Of a stretch of 64,000 nucleotides of DNA, positions 27,471 to 35,692 are shown in pieces. Position 1 is the first letter of the stretch, and every line of letters starts with the position of its first letter. This DNA comes from Gemmatimonadota bacterium (lineage in GTDB: Bacteria > Gemmatimonadota > Gemmatimonadetes > Gemmatimonadales > GWC2-71-9). Both the position numbers and the translations under genes were made by a program. The stretch is from positions 8,186-72,185 of the forward strand of contig JANMHX010000316.1 of assembly GCA_031375485.1 (NCBI GenBank), given 5' to 3'. Below the pieces are notes generated by a model that saw only the letters and a list, made by a program, of their open reading frames with translations, did no database searches and was not told where the DNA came from.

Positions 27471-28418
27471 ATGCCGTCAGATCAAAAGAAGATCGGCCTC
27501 ATCGTCGGCCGCGAATGGAGCTGGCCGCCGGCGTTCATCGAAGAAGTGGCCAGCCGCAACCAAGGCGTTGTTGCCGAGTATGTGACCCTCGGAGCGCCCC
27601 GGATGGACGCGGCGCCGGAGTATCGCGTCATCATCGACCGGATCTCCCATGAGGTGCCGTTCTACCGCACCTTCTTGAAACACGCGGCCCTCCAGGGCAC
27701 TACGGTCGTCAACAACCCGTTCATGTGGACCGCCGACGACAAGTTCTTCGGCGCCACCTTGGCGACCTCGCTCGGATTGGCCCATCCCAAAACCATGGTG
27801 CTGCCGAACAAGGAGTACGTTCCCGGTATCGTCCATTCGGAAAGTCTCCGCAATCTGCAGTTTCCGCTCGACTGGCAAGCCATTGTTGACCACGTGGGCT
27901 TGCCCTGCATCCTGAAAGACGCCCACGGCGGCGGCTGGAAAGAGGTCTATGTCTGCAAGAGCCTCGAGGAGCTGATCTACAACTACGACCGCTCCGGCCT
28001 GCTGACCATGATCGTCCAGGAATTCATCGAGTGGGACGAGTTCGTGCGGTGCCTCTGCATCGGGCAGGAAGTGATCTATCCAATCAAGTACGATCCCAAA
28101 GCCCGGAAGTACCACCCCGAACTCGATTTCCTTCCGCCCGCCCTGCATCAGCGGATCGTCGCCGATTCGCTGACCTTGGTCCGGGCGTTAGGGTACGACA
28201 TGAATTCGATCGAATGGGCCGTCAAGGACGGGATTCCCTACGCCATCGACTTCATGAATCCGGCACCCGACATGGACATCTATTCGCTGACGCCCGCCCA
28301 TTTCGAGTGGGTCGTCAAGGCCATGGCCGACATGGCCATTCGTCTGGCCAAGGCGCCGCCGGCCACGCTCCGGCCGAGTTGGGAGAATTTTCTGAAGGGA
28401 CGATCGGTTCGGCCATGA
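27471..28418 (+). CDS. RimK/glutathione synthetase-like ATP-grasp protein
   Basis: IIDRISHE, VVNNPF, ADDKFF, PCILKDAHGGGWKEVY, IVQEFI, IDFMNPAPD. Confidence 0.85.
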   Translation: MPSDQKKIGLIVGREWSWPPAFIEEVASRNQGVVAEYVTLGAPRMDAAPEYRVIIDRISHEVPFYRTFLKHAALQGTTVVNNPFMWTADDKFFGATLATSLGLAHPKTMVLPNKEYVPGIVHSESLRNLQFPLDWQAIVDHVGLPCILKDAHGGGWKEVYVCKSLEELIYNYDRSGLLTMIVQEFIEWDEFVRCLCIGQEVIYPIKYDPKARKYHPELDFLPPALHQRIVADSLTLVRALGYDMNSIEWAVKDGIPYAIDFMNPAPDMDIYSLTPAHFEWVVKAMADMAIRLAKAPPATLRPSWENFLKGRSVRP

Positions 28419-29767
28419 CCGAGGCCGCCATCGAGGCGTGGCACGAGAGCGCCACCCAACCCATCGGCGCCGAATCGGGCGAGTGGCTCAATGCCGAACT
28501 GGCCAAACGGGGCTTGATGTTCGGCGAGCGGCCCCTCTGCACGGTCATCCGTCCCCGGTTTCTGGCCCGGCCCGAGTACGATCTGATGCGCCAGCGGATC
28601 GCCGTGCTCCTCGGGGCGTTCAACACCGCCCTCGAGGCGGCGCTGGCCAATCCGGCCGTCCTCGACCAATTCCGCCTCGAAGACTGGGAACGAACCTTGG
28701 TGCTCGAGGATCCGAGGACGGACCCCTCGCCCGTGTCCCGGCTCGACGCCTTCTTCTCGCCCGATGACGGGCAGCTTCGCTTTACCGAATACAACGCCGA
28801 GACCCCGGCGGGCTCGGCCTACAACGACGCCCTGACCGATCTCTTTCTGGCGCTCCCGATGATGCGGGATTTCCGGCGCCGGTTTGCGGTGAGCCCGGTC
28901 CCGGCCCGTCATAACGTGCTCCATTCACTGCTCAAGGCGTATCAGCGATTTTCGGGCGGGCGGACCAAACCGACCATCGGAATTCTCGACTGGAAAGAGG
29001 TGCCGACGATGAGCGAGTTCCTGCTCTATCGGGACTATTTCCAGTCGGTCGGCATCCAGTGCGTCATCGGCGATCCCCGCGAAGTCGAGTATCGGGGGGG
29101 CGCTCTCTACTCGGATGGCGTCAAGATCGATCTCATTTACAAGCGGGTCCTGATCAACGAGCTCATCGCCGATGGGGGCCTCGACCACCCGATGGTGCGG
29201 GCGGTGCGAGACGGCGCCGTCTGCATGACGAACCCGTTTCGGTGTAAAATTCTCCACAAGAAGGCCAGCCTGGCGGTCCTCTCCGACGAGCGAAACGCCG
29301 GGCTGTACTCCGCGGCCGAACGAGAGGTCATTGCGGCGCATGTCCCGTGGACCCGGGTGGTGGAGGATCGAAAGACCGTGATCGACGGCCGGCCGATCGA
29401 CTTGCTGCCCTTCGTGGCCGGCAACAAGGACCGCCTCGTCCTGAAGCCGAACGACGACTACGGGGGCGCCGGCGTGGTGCTCGGTTGGGAGGTCGACGTC
29501 GCGACCTGGCAGACCGAGGTGGCCAAAGCTCTGGCGCATCCCTCCATCGTCCAGCAGCGGATCGGGCTGCCGTCCGAATCGTTCCCGAGCTTGGTCGACG
29601 GCAAGGTCGTCCTGGCCGACCGGATCGTCGACACGGCGCCGTTCTGCTTCGATGGCTCGTTTGCCGAGGGCTGCTTGACCCGCGTCTCGACCGCCTCGCT
29701 CGTGAACGTCACCGCCGGCGGCGGATCCACGGTCCCGACCTTGGTGGTCGAGCCCCGCGTTCCCTAG
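28415..29767 (+). CDS. Circularly permuted ATP-grasp amidoligase (glutathionylspermidine synthase-like fold)
   Basis: RLDAF...FTEYNAETPAG precedes LVLKPNDDYGGAGVVLG (permuted order); ends LVNVTAGGG; ATGA overlap. Confidence 0.85.
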   Translation: MTEAAIEAWHESATQPIGAESGEWLNAELAKRGLMFGERPLCTVIRPRFLARPEYDLMRQRIAVLLGAFNTALEAALANPAVLDQFRLEDWERTLVLEDPRTDPSPVSRLDAFFSPDDGQLRFTEYNAETPAGSAYNDALTDLFLALPMMRDFRRRFAVSPVPARHNVLHSLLKAYQRFSGGRTKPTIGILDWKEVPTMSEFLLYRDYFQSVGIQCVIGDPREVEYRGGALYSDGVKIDLIYKRVLINELIADGGLDHPMVRAVRDGAVCMTNPFRCKILHKKASLAVLSDERNAGLYSAAEREVIAAHVPWTRVVEDRKTVIDGRPIDLLPFVAGNKDRLVLKPNDDYGGAGVVLGWEVDVATWQTEVAKALAHPSIVQQRIGLPSESFPSLVDGKVVLADRIVDTAPFCFDGSFAEGCLTRVSTASLVNVTAGGGSTVPTLVVEPRVP

Positions 29768-29786
29768 GCCCCAAACCCGTGAAGCC

Positions 29787-30896
29787 ATGAAACCGCCAAG
29801 CCTAACGATCGGGATCGAAGAAGAGTACCAGATCATCGATCCCAAAACCCGGGAACTGCGTTCCTACATCACCGAGATCCTGAAAGAGGATTCCGTGGTG
29901 CTCGGGGAGGTCAAGCCCGAGCTTCATCAATCGATGGTCGAGGTCGGCACCAAAGTGTGCCGGACCCCGGCGGAAGCCCGGGCGGAGCTGGTCCGGCTTC
30001 GGGGACTGGTCATGGATTTGGCGGGGAAGAACGGCCTCAAAGTGGCGGCCGCCGGCAGCCATCCGTTCTCGAGCTGGATGGAGCAAGAGATCACTCCGCT
30101 CGACCGATATCTCGGCGTCAAAGAGGACCTCCAGGAATTGGCCCAGCGGCTGCTGATCTTCGGCACCCATGTCCATATCGGCATCGAAGATCGCGAGTTC
30201 TTGATCGAGGCCATGAATGCGGCCAGTTACTTCATGCCGCACCTCCTCTGCCTCTCCACCAGCTCGCCGTTCTGGCTCGGCCGAAAGACCGGCCTCAAGT
30301 CTTACCGGAGCATCGTATTTCGAAGTTTTCCCCGGACCGGGATTCCCCGGGAATTGCACTCCTGGGGCGAGTTCGAGGACATCATCAATACCTTGGTCGA
30401 AACCAAGAGTATTCCCAACGCCTCGAAGATCTGGTGGGACATCCGGCCCAGCTGGAGCTACCCGACGCTCGAGATGCGGATCTGCGATGTCTGTACCCGC
30501 GTCGACGAGGCCGTGTGTGTCGGCGCGCTGTTCCAAGCCATCATCGCCAAGGTGTACAAGCTCCGGCGCGACAACTTGAATTGGCGGAAGTATTCGGCTG
30601 CATTCATCGAGGAAAACAAGTGGCGGGCCTGCCGGTACGGGCTCGACGGCAAGTTGATCGACTTCGGCAAGGGAATCGAACTCCCGGCCCGGAGCCTGAT
30701 CCGCGAGATGATCGAGTGGTTCGTCGACGACGTCGTCGATGAGCTTGGCAGTCGGAAGGAAATCGAGTACGCCTTTCACATCCTTGAAAACGGGACCAGC
30801 GCCGACCGGCAACTGGCCACCTACGAACGAACCGGCGGCGACCTCCATGCCGTGGTCGACCAACTGATTGCCGAGACCGAAGAGGGGATTCGCTAG
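29787..30896 (+). CDS. ybdK: Carboxylate-amine ligase, YbdK/GCS2 family
   Basis: TIGIEEEYQ, ELHQSMVEVGT, GSHPF, FGTHVHIG, SSPFW, WWDIRP, TLEMRICD. Confidence 0.92.
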   Translation: MKPPSLTIGIEEEYQIIDPKTRELRSYITEILKEDSVVLGEVKPELHQSMVEVGTKVCRTPAEARAELVRLRGLVMDLAGKNGLKVAAAGSHPFSSWMEQEITPLDRYLGVKEDLQELAQRLLIFGTHVHIGIEDREFLIEAMNAASYFMPHLLCLSTSSPFWLGRKTGLKSYRSIVFRSFPRTGIPRELHSWGEFEDIINTLVETKSIPNASKIWWDIRPSWSYPTLEMRICDVCTRVDEAVCVGALFQAIIAKVYKLRRDNLNWRKYSAAFIEENKWRACRYGLDGKLIDFGKGIELPARSLIREMIEWFVDDVVDELGSRKEIEYAFHILENGTSADRQLATYERTGGDLHAVVDQLIAETEEGIR

Positions 30897-30936
30897 TGCT
30901 GGCCCGTCCCTTGCTGCCAGATTGGATCAAGCCACT

Positions 30937-31707
30937 ATGAAGAAACTCGACCGGCGCCCCATCATCGGGGTCACGACCCAGACGCTCCACTCGATCGACG
31001 GCATCCCCGAGGGACTGCCTCAGTCGGTGGTCATGAACCAGCGCTACTACGTCGCGGTCGCCTTGGTAGGGGCGGCGCCGATCTTGATCCCGCTGCTCGA
31101 CGACGAACCCGAGGCCCTCCGGGCCGTCTACGAGGCCTGCGACGGTATCATGATTCCGGGCGGCGTCGATATGGACCCCGAACGTTTCGGCGAGGAGCCC
31201 CACGCCAAACTCGGCCGAATCGATCCGGCCCGCGACCGGGTGGAACTCCAACTGACCGAGTGGGCCGTCGAGGACAAACGCCCGCTCCTCGGCCTCTGCC
31301 GGGGTCTCCAAGTCATCAATGTCGCGCTCGGCGGGACCCTCTATCAGGATCTCGACGACCAGTATCCGAACGCCATCAAGCACGACTACTTTCCGACCTA
31401 CGGCTTCGAGCGCGATCACCTCGCCCACGACGTGACCTTGACCCGGGGATCGCGCCTCCGGCACTTGTATGAGAAGGACCGAATTCCCGTCAACAGCATG
31501 CACCACCAAGGGATCAAGACTCTGGCCCCGAGCCTCGTGGCAAGCGCCGTGGCCCCGGACGGTTTGATCGAAGCGGCGGAATCGACCAACGACCACTTCC
31601 TCGTCGGCGTCCAGTGGCACCCCGAGGTCTTCGAACTGTCGGATCCCAACACCCGGCACGTGTTCCGGGAGTTCATCAACGCCGCGGCGGCCTTCCGCAA
31701 TACCTAA
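30937..31707 (+). CDS. Gamma-glutamyl-gamma-aminobutyrate hydrolase family (peptidase C26, PuuD-like)
   Basis: PGGVDMDP, LGLCRGLQVINVALGGTLYQD, VNSMHHQ, GVQWHPE Cys-His-Glu triad. Confidence 0.9.
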   Translation: MKKLDRRPIIGVTTQTLHSIDGIPEGLPQSVVMNQRYYVAVALVGAAPILIPLLDDEPEALRAVYEACDGIMIPGGVDMDPERFGEEPHAKLGRIDPARDRVELQLTEWAVEDKRPLLGLCRGLQVINVALGGTLYQDLDDQYPNAIKHDYFPTYGFERDHLAHDVTLTRGSRLRHLYEKDRIPVNSMHHQGIKTLAPSLVASAVAPDGLIEAAESTNDHFLVGVQWHPEVFELSDPNTRHVFREFINAAAAFRNT

Positions 31708-31755
31708 CGCGCGGCCCCCGACCCTGGCACCTCTCTTGCCCCCCATGGGTCGGCA

Positions 31756-32202
31756 ATGCCCACATCTTTCTCGCGTCTTGCATTCATCGGAGCCCTCGGC
31801 CTAACGGTCCAGGGCCGGATCCCGCCGGCCACCGCGCAGAGTTCTGCAGCCCTGGCCATGACGACCGTGAGCCGGCCGCTGGTCGAGTACCTCAGAAACG
31901 AAAGCGGCGGCCGGGTCAAGGTCTCCGCGCTGACGGCCGATTCCGTTGCCATCGAAGCTGTTAGGCTGGAGTTGCTGGAGAGCGCCGCGGCGATCCGCCG
32001 GGGCGACTTTCAGAGTATCAGGATCTTTCGGAACGACCTGCCGGCCGTGCAGGTTCTTGCTCGGCTCCGTGCCGTCATTCGATGCACGGTCCGGATTCAG
32101 TCCCGCGGGGGCGAGCTCGTCCTGTTGAGCGACGACAACGGAGCCGTCGCCGCCATCCATCAACTGCTGGCCGGCGAGCCGCCCGGGCGGGTCCGACTCT
32201 AG
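31756..32202 (+). CDS. Hypothetical exported protein
   Basis: Signal-like N-terminus ..PATAQ; ORF fills the gap between C26 and crcB. Confidence 0.6.
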   Translation: MPTSFSRLAFIGALGLTVQGRIPPATAQSSAALAMTTVSRPLVEYLRNESGGRVKVSALTADSVAIEAVRLELLESAAAIRRGDFQSIRIFRNDLPAVQVLARLRAVIRCTVRIQSRGGELVLLSDDNGAVAAIHQLLAGEPPGRVRL

Positions 32203-32225
32203 GCGAAAGGCCTTAGATTCAGGCG

Positions 32226-32609
32226 ATGCTCTGGTATATCGCCGCCGGATCCGCCCTCGGGGGAGTTGCCCGGTACCTCGTCGCCTTGGCGTTCCACCGG
32301 CCAACCCCGCTCCCGATTGGGACCCTGCTCGTCAACATCACCGGCTCGCTGCTGCTCGGGTTCCTCGCCCGATACGCCACCTCGTCTGCCGGGTGGTCTC
32401 CTGAAATCCGGGCGTTCCTGACCATTGGGTTCTGCGGGGGCTATACGACGTTCTCGACCTTCAGTCTCGAAGTCGCTGAACTCCTCCGAGTCCATGCATA
32501 CGGTCGTGCGGCGGGGTACGCCGGTCTGTCAGCCGGTCTCTCAATCGGTGCCGTCATCGTTGGATTCAGCGTGGCGGACTGGTTGCGAGGCCCGGTCCAA
32601 GGGTCCTGA
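32226..32609 (+). CDS. crcB: Fluoride efflux channel CrcB/FluC
   Basis: GSALGGVARY, GTLLVNITGS, GFCGGYTTFSTFS. Confidence 0.95.
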   Translation: MLWYIAAGSALGGVARYLVALAFHRPTPLPIGTLLVNITGSLLLGFLARYATSSAGWSPEIRAFLTIGFCGGYTTFSTFSLEVAELLRVHAYGRAAGYAGLSAGLSIGAVIVGFSVADWLRGPVQGS

Positions 32610-32639
32610 CGAACGTCGCTCGCGGGCTACAATCGGTGT

Positions 32640-32808
32640 GGCGCCCCTGGGGCTCGCTCCCGTCCCCATGGGATCGGCGGTCTCGGATCACCGACTCAAG
32701 TTGTTGTTGGAGAATGAGGTGCGGGTCCGAGGCTGGGCCCGCCGCAGGCGGCATGACGATTGCCCAATAGCAGGTCGGCGACGGGCCGTCGGTCCGGAGC
32801 CTCCCCCA
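32640..32808 (+). ncRNA. Candidate structured non-coding RNA of about 165 nt (family unassigned)
   Basis: TACAAT -10 at 32628-32633; nested helices GGGGCTC/GAGCCTC, CCCGTC/GACGGG, TGGG.ATCG/CGAT..CCCA, GGTCTCGGATC/GGTCCGAGGCT, CTCA/TGAG; terminal hairpin follows. Confidence 0.45.
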
Positions 32809-32845
32809 GACGAAACGTCGGATCCCCCCGGTCCGGCGTTTCGTC
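32809..32845. terminator. 14-bp hairpin between convergent units (possible bidirectional terminator)
   Basis: GACGAAACGTCGGA-N9-TCCGGCGTTTCGTC, 3 nt from the qor stop; no clear U-tract. Confidence 0.55.
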
Positions 32846-32848
32846 GCG

Positions 32849-33826
32849 CTATGGGATCAACACGATCTTCCCGTAGGCCCGGGCCCCCATGATGACTTCG
32901 TGGGCCCGGGGCGCCTCGGCCAACGGCAACTCTTGGCCGATGACCGGGACGAGGGCCCGCTGCTCGAGACCGGCGCTGATGTCGGCGTACACCGTGGCGA
33001 GCTGCTCGGGACCAACCCCCCACAGGAACACGCCGGTCACGGTCAGATCCTTCGCCATGATCTTCCGGGGATCGATCTCGATCCGCCCCCGGTTTCCGAT
33101 CACGACAATCCTGCCTCGCGGGGCCACCAGGTCGAAATCATGATCCAGGTTTTCGTTGGCCAGCATTTCGAGCACCACGTCCGGGCCCCGGCCGTTGTTG
33201 GCGGCCGCTTTGATCTGGTCGAGATACAACGCTTCCCGGTGCCCGACGGCAAAGTGCGCTCCATTGGCCCGCACCAATTCGAGGCCGTCAGGGCTCCCCG
33301 CCGTACCGATCACCTTGAGACCCTTCCAACGGGCCAACTGCAGGGCCGCGGTGCCGACCCCGCCGCTCGCGCCGTGAACCAGGACGATTTCACCCGGTTG
33401 GGCCGCCGCCTTCAGGAACAGCCCGACGTAGGCGGTGGCATAGGGAACCCCTAACGCCGCGCCCTCGGAGAACCCGACATGGGCCGGCAACCGGTACACT
33501 TGATGCGCTTCGCACACGGCCATCTCGGCGTAGGACCCGCCGGTCTGGCCCGCGGCCGTGCCGTGAAAGAAGACCCGGTCGCCGGCCTTCCACGGATTGG
33601 GTCCGTCGCCCACCCCGACAATCACGCCGGCGCCGTCCGAACCCGGCGTGTACGGCAACGTGGGCAGAGCGCCGTAGCGGCCGCTTCGGATGTAAGTCTC
33701 CACCGGGTTGACGCCCGCGGCGTGGACTTTGACCAGGACCTGCCCGGGCCTGGGGACCGGAACGGAAACCTCTTCCACCACCATGACCGATGGATCGCCA
33801 AACCCGTGAACTCTGATCGCCCGCAT
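32849..33826 (-). CDS. qor: NADPH:quinone oxidoreductase (zeta-crystallin/MDR)
   Basis: AAGVNPVE, YTPGSDGAG, VHGASGGVG, GKIVL. Confidence 0.9.
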   Translation of the reverse strand: MRAIRVHGFGDPSVMVVEEVSVPVPRPGQVLVKVHAAGVNPVETYIRSGRYGALPTLPYTPGSDGAGVIVGVGDGPNPWKAGDRVFFHGTAAGQTGGSYAEMAVCEAHQVYRLPAHVGFSEGAALGVPYATAYVGLFLKAAAQPGEIVLVHGASGGVGTAALQLARWKGLKVIGTAGSPDGLELVRANGAHFAVGHREALYLDQIKAAANNGRGPDVVLEMLANENLDHDFDLVAPRGRIVVIGNRGRIEIDPRKIMAKDLTVTGVFLWGVGPEQLATVYADISAGLEQRALVPVIGQELPLAEAPRAHEVIMGARAYGKIVLIP

Positions 33827-33838
33827 GGTGAGCCGCTC

Positions 33839-34606
33839 CTATCGGTTGCCCTGCCGTAAGTACTGATCGCTGCCGGTAGCCCAATCGTCTCGCCGAGGGC
33901 CAAAGAGGTCCGTGGCCTCGGTTTCCTCGATGGCCTCCGCCATGTGCGGGGCTTGGGACGGGATCCGAATCACCGACCCGGCCGGGACCTCGAACGGCTG
34001 GCCGGCGACCGTCAAGCGAAGGTGACCCCGACGAACCCACGTCAGTTGCTCGCTCTCGTGTTGATGGGTCGGCACGATGGCGCCCTGGCGGAGCAGGAAG
34101 TTGCAAACCGTAGCCCGCTCGCCGGACACGAACGCCCGGTCGATCAACGGCGTCAGCGGTTCCTTCGGAACCTCCGCCCACTGCACCAGTCGCGCCGGGT
34201 TGTCCTCGGTGGCCGGATTCTCGAACCCCGATGGCTGGGAGGGCTGGTTCGTGAAGTACGAGTCCGATCGGTCGAGCCAGTCGTGCCGGATCGGGCTGAA
34301 GACATCCATTTCATAGGTGTCCTCCAGCGCCACCGCCTCATGGGCAACCCACGACGGGATCACCAGCATCTGGCCGGGGCCCACGACGATGGACTGGCCG
34401 TTGATGATGAACTTGAGGGCGCCGGAGAACACCAGGGAATGCTGCTCGGCCTCGTGTTTGTGATAGGGGACGACGCAGCCCTTCTTGAGTCGGATGTGAC
34501 CCGCCATCACCTTGTCGCCGGTGATGACTTGACGGGAAATCATGTCGGTAACGGCTTCGGTCGGAACATCAGTCCAGCGGAACAGCCGGGTAGTGCCGAG
34601 ATCCAT
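33839..34606 (-). CDS. Tandem double cupin protein (KdgF-like halves)
   Basis: HKHEAEQ..H..DVFSPIRHDW and HQHESEQ..H..DLFGPRRDDW. Confidence 0.82.
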   Translation of the reverse strand: MDLGTTRLFRWTDVPTEAVTDMISRQVITGDKVMAGHIRLKKGCVVPYHKHEAEQHSLVFSGALKFIINGQSIVVGPGQMLVIPSWVAHEAVALEDTYEMDVFSPIRHDWLDRSDSYFTNQPSQPSGFENPATEDNPARLVQWAEVPKEPLTPLIDRAFVSGERATVCNFLLRQGAIVPTHQHESEQLTWVRRGHLRLTVAGQPFEVPAGSVIRIPSQAPHMAEAIEETEATDLFGPRRDDWATGSDQYLRQGNR

Positions 34607-34732
34607 GGTCGAGGCTCACGGGTCGAAGGGTCGGGGAGTAGGACGCCTGGGATAGTAGGCCCCGCACACGCTGGGAGCAAATCGGCCGGGGACGGCTGGC
34701 CCAGCCCAGCTTCGGCCGCTATCATCTGACCC

Positions 34733-35692
34733 ATGTTGACACTCACGCTCGACGATTTTCGGCAAGCCCGCACCCGGATCGCCCCCCACATCCACCACAC
34801 GCCGTTGTTACGAAGCCGTCAGCTGTCGGAGCTGACCGGCTTCGACATCCGGCTCAAGGCCGAGATGTTCCAGCGGGTCGGTTCTTACAAGTTCCGCGGA
34901 CCCTTGAACCGGTTCACGTTCCTGACCGAGGAAGAGAAACGCCGCGGCGTGGTCTGCTCGTCGGCCGGCAATCATGCCCAAGGTGTTGCCTTGGCCGCCC
35001 GGATTCACGGCATCCGCGCCGTCGTTTGTATGGCCGAGAACGCCACCCCCGCCAAGATCGCCGCCACCCGGGGGTACGGCGCGGAGGTCGTGCTCCACGG
35101 CCGAATCTGGGACGAGGCCAACGAGCGCGCTAAAGAGTTGGTGCGCTCCGAGGGCTTGGTCTACATCAGCCCGTTCGATGACCCCAATCTGATCGCCGGC
35201 CAGGGTACCTTGGGTCTCGAGATCGTCGAGGACTGGCCCGAGGTGGACGCCGTCATCGTTCCGATCGGGGGCGGCGGGCTGATCTCCGGGGTGTCCATGG
35301 CGGTGAATAGCCACAATCCGGCCGCCCGGGTCATCGGCGTCGAGTCGTCCGACGGGCCGGCCATGAAGGAAAGCCTCGCGGCGGGCCGGGTCACCACCAT
35401 CGATTGCCGGACCATCATCGACGGCCTCCGCGTCAAAACGGTCGGTGATCTCACGTTCTCGGTCTGCCAGCGGTTCGTCGATGAGATCGTGACGTTGCCC
35501 GACCGCGAGATCTTCGAGGCCGTCCTCTGGATCATGGAACGTTGCAAACTCGTGCCGGAGGCCGCGGCCGCCGCCCCGGTGGCCGCCCTCCTCAAGGACC
35601 TCGTTCATCTCGCTCCCGGCTCCAAAGTCGTCTGCGTCCTGAGCGGCGGGAACCTCAACCTCGATCAACTCCGGGGATTATCATGGAATTGA
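34733..35692 (+). CDS. Ser/Thr dehydratase family PLP enzyme, third paralog
   Basis: KAEMFQRVGSYKFRGP (atypical), SAGNHAQG, PIGGGGLISG, VLSGGN; TATCAT 7 nt before ATG. Confidence 0.9.
   Translation: MLTLTLDDFRQARTRIAPHIHHTPLLRSRQLSELTGFDIRLKAEMFQRVGSYKFRGPLNRFTFLTEEEKRRGVVCSSAGNHAQGVALAARIHGIRAVVCMAENATPAKIAATRGYGAEVVLHGRIWDEANERAKELVRSEGLVYISPFDDPNLIAGQGTLGLEIVEDWPEVDAVIVPIGGGGLISGVSMAVNSHNPAARVIGVESSDGPAMKESLAAGRVTTIDCRTIIDGLRVKTVGDLTFSVCQRFVDEIVTLPDREIFEAVLWIMERCKLVPEAAAAAPVAALLKDLVHLAPGSKVVCVLSGGNLNLDQLRGLSWN

Noticed and set aside
32220-32250. GGCGATG...ATCGCC hairpin at the crcB start resembling the fluoride riboswitch P1
   Set aside because: It overlaps the start codon and coding sequence, the loop is too long, and the downstream GCTGATGAC/pseudoknot elements are absent
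32668-32892. ORF MGSAVSDHRLKLLLE... within the crcB-qor gap
   Set aside because: No SD, low-complexity Arg/Pro tail, runs into qor; RNA structure explains the region better
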